Counted from the first letter of the stretch, positions 18,078 to 28,800 are shown. The stretch: 32,863 nt of DNA from a virus (IMGVR_UViG_3300017707_000495:1-32863), one strand, 5' to 3'. The notes: generated from the letters alone by a model not told the origin. A program made the numbers and translations.

Positions 18078-18151
18078 ATAGTAACATATAGTAATAAACT
18101 ACAATATTAGGTATAAATATTCATATTTCCAAACATATAGTCCTATATTTG
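18075..18151. promoter_or_regulatory. divergent promoter pair with operator-like repeats
   Basis: Minus-strand TATGTTTG at 18130-18137; plus-strand TATATTTG at 18144-18151; CATATAGT at 18075, 18085 and 18134. Confidence 0.6.
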
Positions 18152-18169
18152 AAGAAAAAACAAATATTT

Positions 18170-18481
18170 ATGTCAGTAAGATGTCTAAATGATAAAGGCA
18201 CAGTAGTCTTTATCCCAGAGAAACTCGCAGCAATGCCAGACTACATGAGGAGAAATAAACTCGTTATTGATGAGATAAAACCTCAAGAAGAATTAAAACC
18301 TTTAACAGAAGTTAATCTAAAGGTAGAAAAACCACAAGAAGTAGTAGATGATTCTCCAATCGTTGAAATAGAAGCAGAACTCACTAAAGAAGAGTATTGG
18401 GCTATTTTAGATGAAAAAGGAATCGAATACAAGAAAACTTACGGAATTAATAAACTTAAAGAACTAACAAATGCCAATTAA
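18170..18481 (+). CDS. hypothetical head-module protein with HeH/Rho-N-like C-terminus
   Basis: ATG 18170 follows the promoter box (the track start at 18149 is a TTG inside the box); C-terminal LTKEEYWAILDEKGIEYKKTYGINKLKEL. Confidence 0.65.
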   Translation: MSVRCLNDKGTVVFIPEKLAAMPDYMRRNKLVIDEIKPQEELKPLTEVNLKVEKPQEVVDDSPIVEIEAELTKEEYWAILDEKGIEYKKTYGINKLKELTNAN

Positions 18482-19331
18482 AGAAGAAGAATTAAAGCAA
18501 TTTGTATCTGAGTATTTAGATATTAATGTAGATTCAATCGAATCATTAGACAATTTAAAAGAAACATTTGGTTCATCATTCGCAAGAAAAGATGTTTACA
18601 AATCAGAATTAGCAAAAGACCCAAGTTTCATTAATCCATTAATCGGTAAAAGATTAGGTACTATTGAAACTAAGATTAAACAAGCAGCTAAGGATAAATT
18701 AGCTTTAGAGTTTGATGCTGGGGATTTCAAGGACAAATCTGTTGAGGATTTACTTGATTTAGTAACTGACAAAGCAAAAGGCAAGTTTGAAAAAGAGCTT
18801 GGCGATATGCGTTCAAAGGTAACTGGCGATTCAAGTGAAATTGAAAGCAAATACCAAGAGCAATTAAAGTTACTTCGTGAAGAAGCTACTAATTGGAAAA
18901 ACCAAGCTACTAATGCTAACCAAGAGTTTGAATCATTTAAGACTGGCTTAATAGTTAAAGAGAAACAACAAAAGCTTAACTCTAATTTAGAGAAAGCATT
19001 TAACTCTGTTAAGTATGCTCCAGAAGCAGATGAGCTTCGTAAAGAAGGTTTCAAGACAAAGATTATGTCAGATGTAAAGTTTGATTTTGATGAAAATGAT
19101 AATTTTAGTATCTTTGACAAAGAAGGTAAGACTTTATTCCATCCTAACAAGGCTGGAGTTCAATACTCTCCAGAAGATTACTTGAGAGATAAAGCTATTG
19201 AATATAAGATTTACCAAATGAATCCAGATGGAGGAAAGCAAACCCAACAAAGAGTGGTAACACAAGTTGAAGGTTCTGCTCCAGAAGGGCCAAGAGGAAG
19301 AATGATACACCCATCGGCAGCTCAGTATTAA
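18471..19331 (+). CDS. capsid scaffolding protein
   Basis: Highly charged coiled coil with a flexible G/P-rich C-terminus; immediately upstream of the capsid gene. Confidence 0.7.
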   Translation: MPIKEEELKQFVSEYLDINVDSIESLDNLKETFGSSFARKDVYKSELAKDPSFINPLIGKRLGTIETKIKQAAKDKLALEFDAGDFKDKSVEDLLDLVTDKAKGKFEKELGDMRSKVTGDSSEIESKYQEQLKLLREEATNWKNQATNANQEFESFKTGLIVKEKQQKLNSNLEKAFNSVKYAPEADELRKEGFKTKIMSDVKFDFDENDNFSIFDKEGKTLFHPNKAGVQYSPEDYLRDKAIEYKIYQMNPDGGKQTQQRVVTQVEGSAPEGPRGRMIHPSAAQY

Positions 19332-19402
19332 CTGGGTTGCCCTTGTGGCAAAAAATACACATCGCAAGTGCGTGGATACCTTATCCAATAATTAAGGAAT
19401 AA

Positions 19403-19440
19403 GTGCCGAAAACTTACAAGGCAAGATGAAATATGTAAGT
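19403..19440 (+). ncRNA. putative leader pseudoknot, copy 3
   Basis: P1 TGCC(19404-07)/GGCA(19420-23); P2 ACTTACA(19412-18)/TGTAAGT(19434-40), perfect; ends 23 nt before ATG 19464. Confidence 0.65.
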
Positions 19441-19463
19441 GCATTTATTTTAATTTAATTATT

Positions 19464-20513
19464 ATGTCGTATGTATTAGGACAATTAACAGCGTGTCCAA
19501 CCATCCAAAGAGAACTGACTGAGTATTTTATGACTTGTCCAGTTAATGAGTTTATGCCGTTCTTCGAGTTCGTAAACTCTCCAATTAACAATATGGGATT
19601 ATCTCAAGAGGTAGCTCCAGGCGGAGGAAAAATTAGAACTGTAAGATTAACTTACACTCCTCGCCAATTAGAATCAGCAGTTACAGCTAACATTGCTAAC
19701 CCTAAGTGTGATGTATCTAACTTCATCGGAGATAGATTTACAGATTACACTTTAGACACAGATGAAAACCAAGGTATTGGTTTCTCAATGACTGCTCAAG
19801 AATTAGAAGCAGCTTGTATCGCTAACGAAACATATTTTGTTCGTAGATTAGCAGATTTAATTGATGCTTTAGACCGTAAATTAGCTACTGAGCATACTGC
19901 TGACTTAGCTTCTTTAGTAGGTAAATGGGCTTCAAATGTAACTATGAACGCATCTAATGAGTTTGTAGTAAATACATTACAAACTGGTTCAACTTTTATT
20001 GACCCACAAACAACTGCAAAGATTGACTTTGCAATGCAAAAGACTGGTTATTGCAACGAATCTATGATTTTTGCTGGTTCTACTCTTGCTGAGTATTACA
20101 GAGCAACTTCAGTAGCTGGATGTTGCACACAACAAGGTATTGATGTTGCATCTATCTTCAACCAATATGGTAAAGCAGTAGCTTATGACAGAAGAATCGA
20201 ATCAATTTTTGGAACAGATAAAGCTGTTGCAATTCAAGCTGGTTCATTAGCTTTGTTAAGCTATACTCGTAGCCCTTGGAAAGAAGGTATGCCACTTCCT
20301 TACCGTGATGCTGGTAACTACATTTCAACTGTAATTCGCTCTCCAAGAACTGGAATCCCTATGGATTTAACAGTTTCTGATAGCTGTGGTACAGTTTCGG
20401 TTTCACTTGTAGCAACTACAAAACTTGTTGGATTACCTTTGGACATTTTTGCTCAAGGCGATTTCATGAGTGGTGTAAACTACATGGCGAAAATCAAAGT
20501 TACAAATTCATAA
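19464..20513 (+). CDS. major capsid protein
   Basis: 349 aa, after the scaffold gene and followed by a strong terminator; codon use typical of high expression (many AAC/TTC/ATC/CGT). Confidence 0.75.
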   Translation: MSYVLGQLTACPTIQRELTEYFMTCPVNEFMPFFEFVNSPINNMGLSQEVAPGGGKIRTVRLTYTPRQLESAVTANIANPKCDVSNFIGDRFTDYTLDTDENQGIGFSMTAQELEAACIANETYFVRRLADLIDALDRKLATEHTADLASLVGKWASNVTMNASNEFVVNTLQTGSTFIDPQTTAKIDFAMQKTGYCNESMIFAGSTLAEYYRATSVAGCCTQQGIDVASIFNQYGKAVAYDRRIESIFGTDKAVAIQAGSLALLSYTRSPWKEGMPLPYRDAGNYISTVIRSPRTGIPMDLTVSDSCGTVSVSLVATTKLVGLPLDIFAQGDFMSGVNYMAKIKVTNS

Positions 20514-20525
20514 TTTTCATTCATT

Positions 20526-20561
20526 GGTGGGGGGCTAAAACCCCCTACCTTTATTTTTTTT
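20526..20561 (+). terminator. intrinsic terminator
   Basis: GGTGGGGGG-CTAAAA-CCCCCTACC followed by TTTATTTTTTTT. Confidence 0.85.
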
Positions 20562-20564
20562 AAT

Positions 20565-21581
20565 ATGGCTTGTTTTGACAATCTTATAGGATTAAAAGGC
20601 TCTTGTGGAGAGAGTGCATTACCATCTGATGGTTTATATTTAAACACACTTGGTATTAGCAGAGAATTTATAGAAAATATAATCAATGAAGATTATGCTG
20701 ATGTAGATTCTTTTGTCTTAGATAAGATTTCTTTGGCTCAAGACCAAATTAAAAGTGATATTTATTCTAAGTTTACAGCCAAATTTAATGTTACATCAAT
20801 ATTAGAATCTGTAAGGTTAGGTCAATTTAACGAAACACCAACTATTGTTCCAGCCATTGCTGGTAGTTCTAAAGGCATCCAAATGCGTATATGGAACGAT
20901 ACTACCTTTGCTAAGTGTTATGTTTCTACTATCCAAACTTACTGGAATTATACTGGTAATGTTGATGTAAAGGTATATGACCTTACACAAGGTAAATTAT
21001 TAGATACTATTGTAGTGGCTTCGGTTGCTAATCAAATAGTTCAAACTACAATCAATAAAGTTTACAAAAGCTCAAGCCAAGACTTAAACATTGTTTTTAT
21101 TTATGATGCTTCTTCTTTCCAATCTTATGCTTCAAGTTTCTTGAACTCTGGATGTGTAAGTTGCAATAGAGGTGGTGCTTATATGCAAAACAAATATGTT
21201 TACTCTACTGGTGTAACTTTTTTAAACGCTGACCCTAAAACACAAACATACTTGGATGGCAATAGTGATACTGGTGGTATTTCTGTTGTTTATTCATTAC
21301 AATGCGACCACGAAGCTTGGATATGCAGTAATGCTAACTTCTTTGTGAGTGCAATGTTATACAAAACTGCTTATTTGATTACTCAATATGCAGATTTAAT
21401 GAGCAATTCATTCTCAAGTGCTAATATTGATAGAGATAGATTAAGGAGCAAGATGGAATATTACGAATTTGAGTACAATAATAGATTAGAAGCTGGGGTA
21501 AAGAACTTAAAAATACCTTCTTATGATGTTTGTTTTTCTTGCAATAGATTAAGAATGAACAAAACAATCTTGCCAAGTTGA
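20565..21581 (+). CDS. putative head-tail adaptor / head completion protein
   Basis: First gene after the capsid gene; helical N- and C-termini flanking a beta-rich insert; 9 Cys. Confidence 0.55.
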   Translation: MACFDNLIGLKGSCGESALPSDGLYLNTLGISREFIENIINEDYADVDSFVLDKISLAQDQIKSDIYSKFTAKFNVTSILESVRLGQFNETPTIVPAIAGSSKGIQMRIWNDTTFAKCYVSTIQTYWNYTGNVDVKVYDLTQGKLLDTIVVASVANQIVQTTINKVYKSSSQDLNIVFIYDASSFQSYASSFLNSGCVSCNRGGAYMQNKYVYSTGVTFLNADPKTQTYLDGNSDTGGISVVYSLQCDHEAWICSNANFFVSAMLYKTAYLITQYADLMSNSFSSANIDRDRLRSKMEYYEFEYNNRLEAGVKNLKIPSYDVCFSCNRLRMNKTILPS

Positions 21582-21691
21582 TTTACAGCGAGGTAGATGG
21601 CATATTTGAAACATTCTTCATTACAGACTTCTGGATTGAAGGAGATGAGTTTATCCAACAAACAGTAACAATTAAAATAATATTAAACTGA
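21578..21691 (+). CDS. small hypothetical protein (37 aa; not in the ORF track)
   Basis: TTG start overlaps the upstream stop (TTGA) and its stop overlaps the next start (TGATG); MIYSEVDGIFETFFITDFWIEGDEFIQQTVTIKIILN. Confidence 0.5.
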   Translation: MIYSEVDGIFETFFITDFWIEGDEFIQQTVTIKIILN

Positions 21692-22227
21692 TGACAGTAG
21701 CAGACTACCAAAATGTACTAAGGAATCAAATCAAGACTTTAAAGTCTGATAAGATTATGCAGTTGGCTGTCTATTCTGTTAATCAAAGAAGAATCAAAAG
21801 GATATTTGAGGATGGTAAAAATAGTCAAGGTATCAAAATTGGAAATTACAACGATACTACACCAGTTACTATCAATCAAGAAGATGCTCCTAAAAAAATT
21901 AAGTTAGGTGGTAAATATAGAAGTTATAAAGCTTTCAGAGAAGCTATGGGTAGAGAAACTGGATTTGTAAATATACGACTTAACAATCGATTACAGAGTG
22001 ATTTAGCTAATGCTACTTTAAGTAAAGCTACAACTAATTTAGCTGATAATAAGCCTATAAAAGTTGATAACCATAAATTTATTGTTACTCTTAAAAACCA
22101 AGAAAACATAGATAAGGTTCAGTTTTTAGAAAAGAAATATGGTAAAATAATTGACCTAACTAAAGGGGAGATTAGTTTTTACCAAAATATATTAGAAAAA
22201 GAATTTAGATTAGCTTTAGCAAAATGA
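21691..22227 (+). CDS. putative neck / virion morphogenesis protein
   Basis: Basic 178-aa protein with RIFEDG and VNIRLNNRLQSDL, similar in pattern to Mu gpG / HK97 gp10-like proteins; head-completion position. Confidence 0.55.
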   Translation: MTVADYQNVLRNQIKTLKSDKIMQLAVYSVNQRRIKRIFEDGKNSQGIKIGNYNDTTPVTINQEDAPKKIKLGGKYRSYKAFREAMGRETGFVNIRLNNRLQSDLANATLSKATTNLADNKPIKVDNHKFIVTLKNQENIDKVQFLEKKYGKIIDLTKGEISFYQNILEKEFRLALAK

Positions 22228-22853
22228 TACAAGCAATAATAAGTTATATGCAAGGCAAACTGGATGTTGCTGGTATATTTCAAAAGAATTACGGATTAAC
22301 TGAATTAATAGAAAGGGAGAATAGAGTTTTCCCTTTATTATATGAAGGAAATGGTAAAATGAAAATGGAGTTCCAACCCAATAAATGGTTTGGAGTTTCT
22401 TATTTTAGGAAGAATGGTAATGTAAGCTTTTCTGAAGGCAGTTTCCCTTCTTTAAAGCCTTGTGAAGTGCCAGTTACTGTTACTGTACCATTGAAGTTTA
22501 TTTGTTCTGTTAGAAAGGCTAAATTAAAGTGTGATGACAATTATGCTGGAGATGAATTAGCTTTTTATATAGCAAAATTATTTGAGGATATTAATGGCTT
22601 GAGGACTGATTTGAAGGCAAAAAGAGTTACTTTTGTAGTAGGAGAATATAGCACCGATTCGCAGAAAGTTCTTGATGGAGAATTTAGTGGTATGGATGCT
22701 ATATTTAAGCCAGAGTATGTTTATTTGTCAATGGATGTAGAGATAAATGTTCAAACAACTAAAGAATGTATGTTTGAGTATTGTGGTGGAGTAATTATTG
22801 ATGAACAAGCAAACTATGTAGTAGATTCACAAGGTAACAATTTAATGGCATAA
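22224..22853 (+). CDS. putative tail terminator / head completion protein
   Basis: Position after the neck gene; alpha/beta pattern; ATGA coupling. Confidence 0.45.
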   Translation: MIQAIISYMQGKLDVAGIFQKNYGLTELIERENRVFPLLYEGNGKMKMEFQPNKWFGVSYFRKNGNVSFSEGSFPSLKPCEVPVTVTVPLKFICSVRKAKLKCDDNYAGDELAFYIAKLFEDINGLRTDLKAKRVTFVVGEYSTDSQKVLDGEFSGMDAIFKPEYVYLSMDVEINVQTTKECMFEYCGGVIIDEQANYVVDSQGNNLMA

Positions 22854-22855
22854 GA

Positions 22856-25800
22856 ATGGAAAATATAGATGTAAGAATAACCCAATATCCGAGAAAAGTT
22901 GTAGTATCGGATTTTGATATTTTCTTAATAGCAGATGTAAGCGATGTAGATGTAGTAACTGGGTTTCCTAAATACAAAAAAGTATTAGCCAAAGATTTGC
23001 CTTCTATTGTAAATACAGCAGAGAATATTACTTATGCTGAATTATTAGCACAATCTGTTTTAGGAGAGTTAGTTGTAGGAGAGTTTTATAACATAACTGA
23101 TTCTACTTCTGGTGTTGCACCTTTATTAGTTCAAGCTATTAGCGATAGTGCTATTGGCTATTTAGCTTTTGATGGGGATAATCCTCTTGTTACAATCAAT
23201 TATGATTTTATTACAGATACAATCAGATGGTCAAAAGACCAAACTTCAGAGCCAGTTTCTTTAGATTCATTCTCTGCTGTAACTCCTTTGTCTTATGATG
23301 ATACTACTGGAGTATTTACTATATCTCAATCATCAGCTGTAAATAGTGGTTATTTATCTGCAACTGATTGGGCAACATTTAGTGCTAAACAAAATGCTTT
23401 AAGTGGTAGTGGTTTAGTAAAAAGCACATCTGGTACAATTTCTTATATTACTGATAATAGTTCTAATTGGAACTCGGCTTATAACGATACAATTACAAGT
23501 GCATCTGTTACTGGCACTACAAGTAAGTTACTTACCTTAACACAAAGAGATGGTGGCACTATAACTGCATCTTGGGGAGATTTAAACTCTGTAACTTCTG
23601 TATTTGGAAGAACTGGCGATGTTATATCGGCTATTGGAGATTATACTACAACACAAGTAACAGAGGGAACAAACCTTTATTACACACAAGATAGATTCAA
23701 TACTGCGTTTGGAAATAAAACTACATCTGATTTACCAGAAGGCACAAATCTTTATTATCTTGATACAAGAGCAAGAGCTTCAATTAGCAATACTGTAACT
23801 GGATTAACTTATACTCCACTTACTGGTGTTTTAAGCACTACTGCTGGTTATGGTATTCCAACTACTGCAACTCAAGCAAATTGGGATACAGCATATACAA
23901 ATAGGATAACAAGTGCTGCTTCTCCTTTATCAATTACTTCAAATGCTATTTCAATTTCACAAGCAAATGTTTCCACAAATGGATACTTATCTGCAACTGA
24001 TTGGAATACTTTTAACTCAAAACAAGATGCTGGTAATTATATTACTGCATTGACTGGCGAAGCTACTGCTTCTGGGCCTAATTCAGCTTCTGTAACGCTA
24101 TCAAATAGTGCAGTAATAGGAAAGGTTCTAACTGGCTTAAATGTTACTGGAGGGTCTATATCGGCTTCAGATTCAATCTTAAATGCGTTTGGTAAAGTAC
24201 AAAACCAAATTAATGGTTTAATTGGAGGTTCTATTTATCAAGGTGTTTGGAATGCTTCAACTAACAACCCAGCTTTAGCAAGTGGAGTAGGTACACAAGG
24301 ATATTATTATATCGTAAGTGTAGCTGGTTCAACTAATTTAGATGGTATTACTGATTGGAACATTGGAGATTGGGCTATATTTGATGGTACTGCTTGGCAA
24401 CAAGTTGATAACACGGATGCAGTAGTATCTGTAAATGGTCAAGTAGGTATTGTTAATTTAACTACTACTAATATTGCTGAAGGTACAAACCTTTATTATA
24501 CGGATGTAAGAGTTTCTGCTAATAGTGATGTTTCTGCTAACACAGCAGCAAGACATAATGCAGTTACTTTAGGTACAGCAAATGGACTTTCATTAGCTAC
24601 ACAACAACTTTCTTTAGCTTTATCATCTGCTTCAGCTAATGGAGCATTAAGCTCTACTGACTGGAGTACATTTAGTGCAAAACAAAATGCTTTATCTGGA
24701 ACTGGTATAGTTAAATCGGTTAGTGGAACAATAAGTTACTTAACTGATAATTCTGCTAATTGGAATACAGCGTATAACGATAGTATTATTAGTGCTGGAG
24801 TTACTGGCACAACAACAAAAACTTTAACGCTTAATCAACAAGATGGAGGTACAATTACGGCTTCTTGGACTGATGATAATACCGATGCGGTTATTTCTGT
24901 ATTTGGTCGTACTGGTGCTGTTATTGCAGCTTCTGGCGATTATACAACTACTCAAGTAACTGAAGGTACAAATTTATATTATACAGAAGGAAGGGTTGAT
25001 GCCAATTCAAATGTAGCTGCCAATACTGCTGCAAGACATAACGCAGTAACAATAGGAACTGCAAATGGTTTAAGTTTATCAACTCAACAAATATCTTTAG
25101 GTTTATCTTCGGGTACTACTACTGGTGCTTTATCTTCTACTGATTGGACAACTTTTAATAGTAAACAAAACGCTTTAGGATTTACACCAGAACCAGCTAT
25201 TACTGCTGGGACTACTGCTCAATATTGGAGAGGAGATAAATCTTTCCAAACTTTAGATACTTCGGTTGTACCAGAAAATACTAACCTTTATTATACTTCT
25301 GCTCGTTTTGATACTGCATTTGGTACTAAAACTACTACGAATTTAACGGAAGGTACTAATTTGTACTTTACTGATTCTCGTGCAAGAGCTGCAATAACTT
25401 TAACTACTACTGGAACAAGTGGCCCTTCTACTTATATTGGAGGTACTTTAAATATTCCAGATTATAGTTCAGCTTTAAGTGGATATTTACCTTTAAGTGG
25501 AGGTACTTTAACTGGAGATTTATTTGGCACAAATGCTACATTTACTGGAGTTGTATCTGTAAAAGGTGCTGCTCCTTATTACCAATGGTTAAATGCTTCT
25601 AATACAAGATTAGCTTATATTCAACACGATGGTAGCGATTTAGTTATTGCTACTGATACTGGAGATATTGTACTTAACCCTAATGGTAAAGTAGGTATAA
25701 AAAATAGTAATCCTTCTCAAAACTTAACTGTTGGAGATGGAACTGGAACTGGCAACCAATATGTAAGAGTTAATGCTTCTGCATCTGATATTTATATTGG

Positions 25801-28800
25801 TCAAAGTGGAGGAACATTATTTGGACAATCAGCAAATTCTGCTGGATTTGTTTTATCGGATAATACATCATTCCCTTTTGCAGTAGGAACAATAGCAGCT
25901 CAAGATTTTATCTTAGGAACAAACAATACTGTAAGATTTACAATCAATGGTTCTACTGGTGCAATTACTGCAACAAGTTCAATTACTGCTTCAAGCTTTG
26001 TAAAAAGTGGTGGAACTTCATCACAAGCATTATTAGCTGATGGTAGCGTAGGAACTTTCTCTGCTTCTAACTGGAATACTGCTTACAATGATTCAATCGT
26101 TAGTGCAGCTGTAACTGGTACATCAACTAAATTATTAACATTAAACCAACAAGATGGTGGAACGATTACTGCAAGTTGGAGTGAAAGTTCTGCTCCAGTA
26201 GTTTCAGTATTTGGTAGAACTGGTGCAATTTTAGCTGCTGAAGGAGATTATTCTTTAACACAACTTTCAGATGTTACTATTACAACTCCTTCAAATGGTC
26301 AAGTATTAAAATACAATGGTACTTCTTGGGTTAATGGAACAGATACAGACACAGGATTAACTTCGGTTGGTTTAAGTATGCCTTCTGCATTTACTGTTTC
26401 TAATAGTCCTTTGACTGCTAATGGAACACTTGCAGTAACTGGTGCTGGTGTTGCTTCACAATATGTTAGAGGAGATGGTACTTTAGCTGCTTTCCCTACT
26501 TCAACGGGTGGTGGTTCTTCGGTAAGTTATTATTTTAATGGAGGTACTTCTCAAGGAACAATAGGTGGGAACACTTATTATGAAATGAGCAAGATTGCTG
26601 TTATAGGGACTGGTGCTGATTTTAACATTAATGCAAATGGCTATATTGCTCAATTTGTAACAGATGCTAACGACCCAGCTTTATTAACTATACCAGCTGG
26701 TAATTGGAACTTTGAAATGTGGTTTTCTGCAAGTTCTAATGGTGGTAGTCCAAGTTTTTATTTAGAATTATATAAATATGATGGTGCTACGCTTACTTTA
26801 ATTTCAAGTGGCTCTGCTGTTCCAGAATCAATTACTGGTGGTACTGCTATTGATTTATATACTACTGCTTTAGCTGTTCCTACAACAGCATTAACGATAA
26901 CTGATAGATTAGCTGTTAGAGTTTATGTTAATCATAGTGGTAGAACAATTACGCTTCATACACAAAACGGACATTTATGTCAAGCAATAACAACTTTTTC
27001 AACTGGATTAACAGCTTTAAATGGTTTAACTAATCAAGTTCAATATCTTGCGGTAGGTACAAGTGGAACTGATTTTGCTGTTTCAAGTGTAACAGATACG
27101 CATACTTTTAATTTACCAACAGCAAGTGCTACTAATCGAGGAGCATTAAATAGTGCTGATTGGAGTGCGTTTAATGGTAAACAAAACGCTTTAACATTAA
27201 CAACTACTGGAACTTCTGGTGCTGCTACTTTAGTAGGTGCTACTTTAAATATACCAAATTATGGTAGTGCGTTAGCTAATTATTTGCCACTATCTGGAGG
27301 TACATTAACTGGTAACTTAAATGGAACAAGTGCTACATTTAGTGGAGTAATAACATTACCACAAAATCCAGTAGGGACAACATATGGAAATGGAGTATCG
27401 GCATCTCCTTTATATATGATTACTCAAGGAGCTGGGGATAATGATGCTATAAGATTTTATGCTGAATCTGGTGCTACAAATACTGTTACAATGGTATTTG
27501 AGGTAAATGATGACATAGAAACAGCTGGTAGCGAATGGATTTTTAGAAATAAACAAACATACGGAGTTTATGCTGCAACTACTCCATTTAGAATTAGTGG
27601 AGCTGGAGCTGCTTACATTAATGGAGATACAGTTTTACACGCTGGGAACTTTGGTTCTTATGCTTTGCCATTAGCTGGTGGTACAATGACTGGTATTATT
27701 ACAACAGTTTCTTCTGGTACAGCTATTAATTTTTCTGGTCAAACTGATTCATTTGGTTATAATGTATCAAGTGGTTTAGGTACATACATTAAAGGGACTG
27801 GAAATACTTTCATTTATGGTGGGGGTGTTTTTTATGATGGTACTGCAAGTAGAACATTAATACATTCTGGTAACATTGGTTCGCAATCTGTTTCCTATGC
27901 AACTACTGCTGGGGCATTAACAAGTATGAACATATCCCAGTTTACTAACGATTCTGGATATATTACATCATCTGCACTAAGTGGTTATTTGCCATTAACT
28001 GGAGGTACATTGACTGGTAATTTAACTGGTACAACTTCTTTGTTTTCAAATAGTGTTGCTACAACAAGTCATGGAAATTCTGGTAAATGGGTAGCATCAC
28101 AAACAGCAAATGGAAACTTTATTCCATATAGTTTTGAAGCTGAATATGGAAATCACTCTTGGGGTATTATAGCAAGATTTAGAATTAATCAAGCAAATGC
28201 TGATAGGCCTTCTATACAATTCTCTAATGCTACAAATGATACCAGATGGAATATTGGATATTGTTATTCTGATGATAATTTTCGTGTTACTCAAAATATG
28301 GGTTATAGAAATGATAACACAACGAGTGATTCGTGGGGTACTGAAAGGCTTAAAATAGATACTTCTGGAAATACTTATGCTGCTATTGGTGGTACATTAT
28401 ATGCAAATGGAAATATAGTTCTTGATGCAGCTAACTATACTTCATATGCTGCTACGGTAGGTCATACCCACGATTTAGGTAGATATAGCTTACAAGCTCC
28501 AGCATATATTGATGGATTAACTGGTGCGAATTTTAGAAGTACATTATTTGGCCATACTAATAATAACTTTAATATATCAACTGCAAGGTGGAATACAACA
28601 CCAGCTATTTTATCTGGATTAGGTGCTTACGGTACTATGATAGCTTGGTCTGGAGCTGATACGCAAGGATTTATTGCTATGGATTATGCTTCTGGTAATG
28701 CAAAAATTGGTGGTGGTAATGGTAATAATATTAACTGGACTGCAATACTTTTACATTCAAGTAACTACAACTCTTATGCACCTACTTTAACTGGAACTGG

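Noticed and set aside
19403-19440. Pseudoknot as a SAM-II or preQ1 riboswitch, or a self-cleaving ribozyme
   Set aside because: The topology is similar, but the conserved ligand-binding or catalytic nucleotides I recall are absent and the downstream genes are structural; an Rfam search is still needed.
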